Below are positions 56,910 through 64,000 of a DNA stretch of 64,000 nucleotides, piece after piece. This DNA is from a virus. Its lineage: Duplodnaviria; Caudoviricetes. The notes beneath the pieces were generated by a model. That model saw only the letters and a program-made list of their open reading frames with translations, was not told the DNA's origin and did not search any database. The number at the start of each line of letters is the position of its first letter. Position 1 is the first letter of the stretch. Both the position numbers and the translations under genes were made by a program. The stretch lies in IMG/VR virus record IMGVR_UViG_2639762835_000002, one strand, 5' to 3'.

Positions 56910-57429
56910 GGCTGGCCACCGATCTGGTGATGGCCGGTATCACCCACGTTCAGGTTGATATGGTCGGCCACCCAGATGTCATAGGGGGCCACGTTCCAGC
57001 GTTTGCCATCCCAGTTGATGGGGCCCTGCTCGTGCTCAACCAGGCGCAGCGGCTCGGTAAAGGGGAGCTGGATCTCGAGATCCGCGGTCTGCTCGTCATT
57101 CGGGGTGCGGCGTACTCGGGATCGGGCAACTCGTACTGCTCGCGGTAGTCGTCGTGCTCTTGCACCCAGGCGGCGACGGTGGCCAACAGGATGGCCGGGT
57201 CGAGCTCGCGAAACGGCAACTGCTCGATGGTGAACACCGCCTGGTAGGTGAGCCAGGCCACGTTCACCCCGGTGGGGCCCATGTTCTTGGGTTCGAGCTT
57301 GATGGTGCCGTTCTCCATCCAGCTATCCAGGCGCTTGTGGCACTTGGCCGGCAATACCCGCAACAGCTCGGCGTGGAGCGCCTGCAGGAAGTAGCCCTGG
57401 GCCTGTTGCTCGTTCATGTCGTTGCTCAT
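56906..57429 (-). pseudogene. Tail completion protein (gpR-like), 1-nt frameshift near 57108
   Basis: ..PEYA, then another frame continues TPNDEQTADLEIQLPFTEPL..GQP* and ends overlapping the next gene's ATG. Confidence 0.7.
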
Positions 57430-57887
57430 ATCAGCGAGACTCCCGCCCGGCGCTTGCCCTTGATGCTGCGCACCAGCTGCTGACTCTCTGCCAGCAGCTG
57501 GGCGCGTTGGTCTGGCGATCGCTCTACCTGGTTGTTGGCGGTCGCCCGTTCGGTGACGCTGGCAAACTCGGGTAGCAGGGCCGCCTTGGCGCGGGCAAAT
57601 ACGGCGGCCAGGTACTGCTCTGTCAGGGCATTGCTGCCCCCTTCCAGGCTGGGCCCGGGTACCTCGGCGGCGCTGGTGTAGCCCTTGCCCAGCAGCGTGG
57701 CCTGATGGCTCGCCAACTGCAGGTTGATTTCAGAGACGGCGGCCAGCAGGGCGGCGCCAGTGGTCTGGGTATCCAGATCGGCAGGCAGGGCGCGGCGGCG
57801 CTCGAAGTCAGCGACGGCCACATCCGGCCAGAACCCGTCATTGCGGATCGTGGCGGCGCTGTAGTCGATGTCCTTGCCTGCAAACAT
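57426..57887 (-). CDS. gpL: Head completion protein L
   Basis: NDGFWPD, YLAAVFARAKA, VSLI. Confidence 0.85.
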   Translation of the reverse strand: MFAGKDIDYSAATIRNDGFWPDVAVADFERRRALPADLDTQTTGAALLAAVSEINLQLASHQATLLGKGYTSAAEVPGPSLEGGSNALTEQYLAAVFARAKAALLPEFASVTERATANNQVERSPDQRAQLLAESQQLVRSIKGKRRAGVSLI

Positions 57888-58001
57888 GGCGTGCCTCGCT
57901 GGTTGGTTGAAATGGGGCACCCCTGTAGCCACGCAATTGCCGCTGGGTTAGCCAGAGGCTGTCCATGGCATTCGCGCCGGGGTGCGGTGGCGCGGAGAGT
58001 C

Positions 58002-58730
58002 TTATTGCTCCGGATTCAGCGCCCGCAGGCGCATGGCAATCTTTTGGCGCAAGGTGCCGACGCCCACTTTGCCGTGCAGCTGGTCGGCCTGAGCCAGCCA
58101 GTGATCGGCTTGCTCCAGGATGGCGCTGTCCCCCACGGCGCTGGGGCGAGGTTGGCCGTCGTGGTCCCGCAACAGCAGGCAACCGGCGGCCTTGAACCAC
58201 TTGGCGGTCAACCGCTCGTTGAGGCGCCAGTCATTGCGCACCTTGTCGAACACCCGGGAGAACCAGGGCTCAACGGCATGGCCCTCGGCGGACTGCTTCT
58301 CGGCCCACTCCAGCACGGTGTCGGCCACAAAGTGGGCCCAGTCGCGCTTGATGTTGTTCGGGGTGCGTTGGCCCTGGGCAATGGCGAGCTCCGCCCAGGC
58401 AATGCCTGCATCAAAATCCCCGACGTCAAAGGCCCAGATGATGAGGCGCTGAAACAGCTCGTTCTGATAGGGCTGGCCAGACTCACTAACGGCGGCCAGA
58501 TAGCGCTCCACATAGGGGCGGTACTTGGGCATCAGCTCATCGCGTTTCATATTCACCCGGTCCCCGATGCGGGCCAGCTTGCGCAGCCGGACGATGTCCT
58601 GTTCCAGGGCAACCAGTTGCAGGTGCAGGCTGTCTGCCACTGCACCGGTGGCCATGCCAGAGCAGGCGGCCTGCTCGGCCCCCTGCATGGCTTGAACGCG
58701 CTGCTTGTGACGTTGACCGGGTGAGCTCAT
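58002..58730 (-). CDS. gpM: Terminase small subunit M
   Basis: MSSPGQRH, IWAFDVG, AIAQGQRTP. Confidence 0.85.
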   Translation of the reverse strand: MSSPGQRHKQRVQAMQGAEQAACSGMATGAVADSLHLQLVALEQDIVRLRKLARIGDRVNMKRDELMPKYRPYVERYLAAVSESGQPYQNELFQRLIIWAFDVGDFDAGIAWAELAIAQGQRTPNNIKRDWAHFVADTVLEWAEKQSAEGHAVEPWFSRVFDKVRNDWRLNERLTAKWFKAAGCLLLRDHDGQPRPSAVGDSAILEQADHWLAQADQLHGKVGVGTLRQKIAMRLRALNPEQ

Positions 58731-58733
58731 GGC

Positions 58734-59786
58734 TTAGGCCTCGGGCGCTGCCGGTGCGGCGCCGATCTCGATGTCGGCCTCTTCAAAGCCGCCATAGGCC
58801 AGGTGTTCGCCCAGGGCATAGCCTTCCATCCGCCAGTACTGGTTATCGAAGCACTTGCGATCCTGGTTATCTTCGGCTTTGCGGTTGCGTGTACCGCGCT
58901 GGGTGTAGCAGTGCAGGTTGTCCAGGGTGGTGACTACCATCCGCTTGCCCGGGAAGAAGGGCGGGATGTAGGCCTTGCGCCCGGCAATGGACTCGGCCAG
59001 CTTTTGGGCGGCGATCTGCTCACTCGGCTTGGTGGCTTCGCTGTAGAGCTTGGCTTGGGCCGCCGCCACCAGTTCGGTACCGACCAGCACTACCAAGCGC
59101 GGGTCTTGGCGGAACAGGGGATCGATGGTGGTGTTGATAAGATCGGAGGCCATCTCGTCCAGGGTCTTGTAATCGCCCTTGCCGTCCGGGTCGAAGTGGA
59201 TTTTCTTGCCGGCCCCGGCCTTGATGATCTGGCTGCCTTCGTTCCACTCGCGGGCGATCTGGTGCCAACCCTTGTTGACATCTTCACCCAGCGGGTTTTT
59301 CTCCGGGTCGGTCGTCTCTTCGGCAGAGACGCCGTTCCAACCGACCCGCACAATGTCGAGGGCGAATGCGGTGTTGATGAACTCACCGACCAGGCGGATG
59401 AACTCTCCCTCGCTGCCGGCGTTGGCCCAGACACACAGGGTCGCCCAGTCGAGCGAGGCACAGGAGTCGGTCTCGGTCAGCTCGTAGGTGTTGCCATCCA
59501 CGCCAACCTTGCCGTTGAAACGGCCATTTTTCTTGCGGCCGGTGAACAGCTTGCCGATGCCGACTTGCACCACCTGGCCCTTGATCTGATCCACATCCAT
59601 GCAGGTGATGAGGTTCAGGAACTCGACAGAGGCGAGCAGGCCCGCGCGCAGGCCGGTTTCTACCGGGCCACTGATGACGCTGAACTGTTTGTCCAGCACG
59701 TTAACGGGGATGCCATAGGTCTTGGCCAGGGCAGCACTGTATTTTTCGAGGCGCTGACGGGCCTGGACGGTTAGGGTCTGACTCAC
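58734..59786 (-). CDS. gpN: Major capsid protein N
   Basis: ALDIVRVGWNG, EDVNKGW, VVTTLDNL. Confidence 0.92.
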   Translation of the reverse strand: MSQTLTVQARQRLEKYSAALAKTYGIPVNVLDKQFSVISGPVETGLRAGLLASVEFLNLITCMDVDQIKGQVVQVGIGKLFTGRKKNGRFNGKVGVDGNTYELTETDSCASLDWATLCVWANAGSEGEFIRLVGEFINTAFALDIVRVGWNGVSAEETTDPEKNPLGEDVNKGWHQIAREWNEGSQIIKAGAGKKIHFDPDGKGDYKTLDEMASDLINTTIDPLFRQDPRLVVLVGTELVAAAQAKLYSEATKPSEQIAAQKLAESIAGRKAYIPPFFPGKRMVVTTLDNLHCYTQRGTRNRKAEDNQDRKCFDNQYWRMEGYALGEHLAYGGFEEADIEIGAAPAAPEA

Positions 59787-59795
59787 GGTCGCTCC

Positions 59796-60638
59796 TTAAT
59801 ATGCGGTGGGGGTATCGTCACCGCCGAGCGCGCCCGGGCGCTGGCCCGGCACTTCAACGGAGAACTTGTCGATCTTGGCGGTCAGTTCACTGAGCTGGGT
59901 TTGCAGCTGGTTGAACTGCTCGGTGGTGACGCCGGGCTTGTCTTCTTTTACCGGGTCGATGCCCGGGGCAGGTTCGGTCTCCGGTTTGGTTTCCAGCTTG
60001 GCGCTGAAGGCATCGATCTTGGTGCCAAGGCCTGTCAGGGCCCCCAGCATCTGATCGAACTGTTCTGGTTTCATTTCCTCATCCTCGGATTGGCTGGGGG
60101 TGGGTTGGGGGTCGTGCTCGCCATGGCTGGACAGCAGGTTGAACAGCTTTGAGAGCAGGCTGTCGGGCTTCTCGTGCTTGGGCAGCTTGAACATGGAGAG
60201 ATCCAGCGGTTCGCTGGTGCCGATGGTTTGGCCCTTGCTGCTCTTGCTGAACTTGAGATGGGTGGTGCCGGTGCTGGCGGGCTGGTCGGTGACGCCCAGG
60301 CCAATCAAGTAGGTTCGACCCAGATCGGCGAACTGCTCGAACGGTTCGATGGAGCAGAACTGGTACTGGCCGCTTTGGTTCCAGTAGACGAGATCCCGGT
60401 TGGGGCAGAGGACGGCGAACAGTTTGAGCTTGCCGTCGACCTCTTCGGTCTTGAGCGCCTGCACGGTGCCATAGCTGGACCAGCGATCGTGCTCTGGCCA
60501 GATGACGGCGGTGTAATAGGTCGGGTCGTAGGTCTCGGCCATGTCGACCAGCCAGTCGCGGGTGATGTCTCGGCCGTCCACCGCTTTGCCTTCGGTGGCG
60601 ATACAGACAAAGCCAGTTCTCAAGGTTGATTCGTTCAT
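59796..60638 (-). CDS. gpO: Capsid scaffolding protein O
   Basis: IATEG..VDGR, YL.GLGVTDQPASTGT. Confidence 0.9.
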   Translation of the reverse strand: MNESTLRTGFVCIATEGKAVDGRDITRDWLVDMAETYDPTYYTAVIWPEHDRWSSYGTVQALKTEEVDGKLKLFAVLCPNRDLVYWNQSGQYQFCSIEPFEQFADLGRTYLIGLGVTDQPASTGTTHLKFSKSSKGQTIGTSEPLDLSMFKLPKHEKPDSLLSKLFNLLSSHGEHDPQPTPSQSEDEEMKPEQFDQMLGALTGLGTKIDAFSAKLETKPETEPAPGIDPVKEDKPGVTTEQFNQLQTQLSELTAKIDKFSVEVPGQRPGALGGDDTPTAY

Positions 60639-60710
60639 GCCTGCTCCCAATTGATACGGGCTCAGGCTATCGGGTCGGGAAGGGGGTTTCATCCGGTTGT
60701 GTTCGGGGGG

Positions 60711-60735
60711 ATTCGGATCCAGCGGGATATCCGAA
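60711..60735. promoter_or_regulatory. Putative late activator site between O and P of prophage 2
   Basis: Inverted repeat with ATTCGGAT and ATCCGAAT arms. Confidence 0.55.
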
Positions 60736-60814
60736 TTGCTCAGAACATCAGTGGGATAAGTGGGGGTAAGGGGCTGGCTATGATGGCGCCATCATTCATA
60801 TCGATGGAGGCGCC

Positions 60815-62282
60815 GTGGCGTATCCCGAAGAGATCCGCAAGGCAGCAAAGGGACTCTACCTTAAGCGATGGACCCCCCAGGAGATCAAGGACGAACTGGG
60901 TCTGAACTCCTGCCGCATTGTCTACTACTGGGCCGAAAAGCTCGGCTGGCGGGAGCTGTTGACCGATGAGGCGGTGGAGGATGCCATTGCCCGCCGGGTC
61001 AATGTGCTGCTGGATCGCGAGAAGAAAACCCCGGGCGAGCAGGATGAGCTGGACCGACTCATTGGCCACCATGCCAGCCTGAAAGAGAAAGCCCTCAAGT
61101 GGGCTGAACGCCAGCAGGCGCTCACCACCCGCCGCGAGAGTAGCGATGAACCCGCTGCCGAGCGGTCGCGCCGTGGCCGAGGCGGCCAAGATGGCGGCAG
61201 CAGTAAGGGGAGGGGCGGCAAGAAAGGTAAGAACCAGATCGGCCACCTGAGCGCCGACGATTTCAGCGAGTGGCTGGATCCCCAACTTCGAGCGGCTCTC
61301 CGATGTCTCCAGTGCCATGGCCACCCAAAGCCATTGGCGTAAGACCTACTTCTCGACCCCATCGAGCAAGGTGCACGAAGCGTACCGGTTCTGGACCGGG
61401 GATCGCTGGAAGGGTACTCGCCCAAGTCGGCAGGCTATCGACTTCCCTGGTGAAGACGACCTGCGCGACGGGGGCCGCATCTGTCCCGATCGGCAGTGGC
61501 GTTACGTCATCACCGTCGAGGATGCCATACGCCTGGGTTGCAACCTCATCGACATCGAGGAGCTCAAAGACGAGTACCCAGAGGAGGTGTTCGATCGCCT
61601 CTACCTGTGCCGCTTTATCGACGATGCCCTGTCGGTGTTCAAGTTCCAGGATATGGAGCGGGCGGGGGTGGATCCGACCCGGTGGGAAGACTACAAGCCC
61701 GGGCGGCCCGACCCGTTTGGCCGGCGAGAGGTGTGGCTGGGGTATGACCCAAGTCGCACCCGCGACAACGCCACCCTGGTGGTGGTCGCCCCGCCCACTG
61801 TCGCCGGCGAGCGGTTCCGGGTGCTGGAAAAGCACTACTGGCGCGGGCTTAACTTCCAGTACCAGGCGCAGGAGATCGAACGCATCGCCAAGAAGTTCCG
61901 GGTCACTTATCTGGGGGTTGATGTGTCCGGCATTGGCTCCGGGGTCTATGACCTGCTCAAGCCTGTGTTCAAAGGGGTGTGCCACCCCATCAACTACAGC
62001 ATCGAGAGCAAGTCGCGGCTGGTACTCAAGATGATCGACGTGGTGGAGGCAAACCGCATCGAGTGGGACAGCTCGGACCGGGATATCCCGCTGGCGTTCC
62101 TGGCCATCAAACGCAGCACCACCGGTGGCGGCCAGATGACGTTCCGCGCCGCCCGCGACAACGTGACCGGCCACGCCGACGTGTTCTTTGCTATCGCCCA
62201 CGCCGTGGCCAATGAGCCGCTCGATACCAACCGCAAACGTAAATCCAGCTGGGTCACCAGTCAGGAGAGAAAGGCAGCATGA
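60815..62282 (+). pseudogene. gpP: Terminase ATPase subunit P with an internal out-of-frame deletion
   Basis: N-terminal part ends ..DFSEWL; another frame resumes WIPNFERL..STPSS; Walker A/B region absent compared with 21487-23256. Confidence 0.85.
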
Positions 62283-63295
62283 CCAAACGACAGCAACGAC
62301 CGGCCAAGACTGCCACCCCTTCTACCCGTTCTTCTGTGGTGTTCAGCATGCCGGAAGCGGTCGACCCCACCGCCTGGATGACCGACTACACCGGGGTGTT
62401 CTACAACCCCTACGGCGAGTATTACCAGCCGCCCATCGAGCGCAAGGGGTTGGCCAAGGTGGCGCGGGCCAATGCCCACCACGGGGCCATCTTGATGGCG
62501 CGACGCAATATGGTGGCGGGGCGCTTCACCAACCAGCGCGCCACCATCACGGCGTTCGTGCACAACTACCTGCAGTTCGGGGATGCGGGCATGCTCAAGC
62601 TGCGCAACGGCTTTGGCCAGGTGGTGGGGCTGCACCCGTTATCGAGCGTCTACCTGCGCCGGCGTGAGGATGGCTGCTTTGTGTACCTGCAGCAGCAGGG
62701 CAAGCCGAACCTGATTTACCGGCCGGAGGAGGTGATCTGGCTGGCGCAGTACGACCCAGAGCAGCAGGTCTATGGCATGCCCGATTACCTGGGCGGCCTG
62801 CAGTCGGCCCTGCTCAACCAGGACGCCACCCTGTTTCGGCGCAAATACTTCCTCAACGGCGCCCACATGGGGTTCATCTTCTACGCCACCGACCCGAATA
62901 TGGACGATGACACTGAAAAAGAGATGAAGGAGATGATCGCGAGCAGCAAGGGGGTGGGGAACTTTCGCTCCATGTTCGTCAACATTCCGGACGGCAAGCC
63001 TGATGGCATCAAGCTGATCCCGGTGGGGGACATTGCGACCAAGGACGAGTTTGCCGCCATCAAGGGGATCACCGCCCAGGACGTGCTGACTAGCCACCGA
63101 TTCCCGGCGGCGCTGGCCGGCATCATTCCGACCAATGGTGGGGGCGGGCTTGGAGATCCCGAGAAGTACGATGCGACCTATGCCAGAAACGAGGTGCTGC
63201 CACTGTGTGAGCTTATCCAGGATGCCATCAACAGCGCGGGACTCCCTCGCTCCCTCTGGGTCGATTTTAGGGAGAATATCGGTGCAACTGTATAA
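62279..63295 (+). CDS. gpQ: Portal protein Q
   Basis: YYQPP, LFRRKYFLNGAHMGFI, KGVGNFRS. Confidence 0.93.
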   Translation: MTKRQQRPAKTATPSTRSSVVFSMPEAVDPTAWMTDYTGVFYNPYGEYYQPPIERKGLAKVARANAHHGAILMARRNMVAGRFTNQRATITAFVHNYLQFGDAGMLKLRNGFGQVVGLHPLSSVYLRRREDGCFVYLQQQGKPNLIYRPEEVIWLAQYDPEQQVYGMPDYLGGLQSALLNQDATLFRRKYFLNGAHMGFIFYATDPNMDDDTEKEMKEMIASSKGVGNFRSMFVNIPDGKPDGIKLIPVGDIATKDEFAAIKGITAQDVLTSHRFPAALAGIIPTNGGGGLGDPEKYDATYARNEVLPLCELIQDAINSAGLPRSLWVDFRENIGATV

Positions 63296-63303
63296 ACAAA
63301 CAG
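63288..63303. promoter_or_regulatory. LexA-box-like site upstream of the ogr-like gene
   Basis: CTGT-ATAAACAA-ACAG. Confidence 0.65.
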
Positions 63304-63353
63304 TGTTCGCTGTGGCAAGATAGGCTGTTGATTTGGATAGAAAAGGGGGCGTA

Positions 63354-63605
63354 ATGCGGGTTTATTGCAAAGTGTGTGGCCAGCGGGGCCGCATTACCAA
63401 GACCAACCGACTGAGCGATGATGTCTCGGATCTCTACTGTCAGTGCACCGATGCGGAGTGTGGCCACAGCTGGGTGGCCACCTTGTCGTTCGCCCACACC
63501 CTGAGCCCCTCGGCCAAGACTACCAACCAGCTGGTGCTGAGCTTGATGGGGTCGCTGACGCCAGAGGGGCGGCAGATGGTACTGAAAGGACTGGGGGCGC
63601 AATAG
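63354..63605 (+). CDS. ogr: Ogr/Delta-like zinc-finger activator
   Basis: CKVCG..LYCQC..ECGHSW..HTLSPS. Confidence 0.88.
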   Translation: MRVYCKVCGQRGRITKTNRLSDDVSDLYCQCTDAECGHSWVATLSFAHTLSPSAKTTNQLVLSLMGSLTPEGRQMVLKGLGAQ

Positions 63606-64000
63606 CGCCCTCCGATTTTTTCTTGTTCTGGCACGATGTGGTCGTCATCAGGGCGCCCCTCGGCGCTGGTTGCTACTGTCGATCCTCTCTTCGTTCGCTC
63701 CACAAGGCTGACCTGCATCAAAAAGTGAAACAGAAATCAGCCTGATAGATAACTTTTTGCTGACTGCAATAGTCTGCGTTTGATACCCTACTGATCTGTC
63801 ATATTCACGATGCTAATGGCAGCCTAGATGATTGATGGTTACCTTTTCTTCAAGCTGGTTATAAAGCAGCGTGCAGGGAACTAAAACCCTCAGAGGTAGT
63901 TATCTTGTTTACCAGGAGACGGGATACAAGGTGATGGATACCACAGAATCTAATTGCCGGATTATGACGAATGGTTGCACATGTTTACTGCGTGTGCCAA

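Larger units (their letters stand above)
41443..64000. mobile_element. Prophage 2, HP1/K139/phiO18P-like, defective; probably continues beyond the window
   Basis: HP1-type sheath, tube and baseplate genes, P2-type head genes, several broken ORFs. Confidence 0.9.

Noticed and set aside
43054-63605. Prophage 2 as a functional tailocin
   Set aside because: Tape measure, terminal baseplate gene and tail completion gene appear broken while head genes are retained
63606-64000. Genes downstream of prophage 2 ogr
   Set aside because: Only short interrupted frames; nothing can be supported at the window edge

Overview
The window is almost entirely two P2-like (Peduovirus-type) prophages lying in tandem, probably in an Aeromonas-like gammaproteobacterium (inferred from the GC-rich backbone and the phiO18P/K139-like gene order). 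Prophage 1 (1 to about 41440) looks intact. It carries P2-type tail genes D-U-T-E/E'-FII-FI-G-H-I-J-W-V, lysis genes, head genes S-R-X-L-M-N-O/P-Q, cos, replication gene A, a C5 methyltransferase, an early operon (ogr-like, cII, cox-like), an S24-type cI and an integrase, and it ends at the 3' half of a tRNA-Leu (att). Prophage 2 (about 41440 to beyond the window) is HP1/K139/phiO18P-like and decaying: its terminase ATPase has lost its Walker A/B segment and four tail genes carry frameshifts or an amber codon. Prophage 1 has accessory hotspots at S-V (10.8-14.7 kb), cos-A (24.7-30.7 kb) and cI-int (39.1-40.2 kb). The strongest unexplained signals are as follows. (i) Two paralogous C4-antisense-RNA/antirepressor cassettes have co-varied, mutually different recognition boxes. 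(ii) Both antirepressors share a C-terminal domain but have different N-terminal domains (Rha vs BRO-N), and each has a perfect in-frame palindrome inside that N-terminal domain. (iii) A TGCGCA-N4-TGCGCA-like motif recurs at the lytic promoter, both cassette promoters, a moron promoter and near att. (iv) Candidate defence/exclusion morons include a membrane-anchored tail-fibre-tip-like domain, a Lit/M48-like HEXXH protease and a hendecad coiled-coil membrane protein. All family assignments come from motif recognition by eye; no database searches were run.
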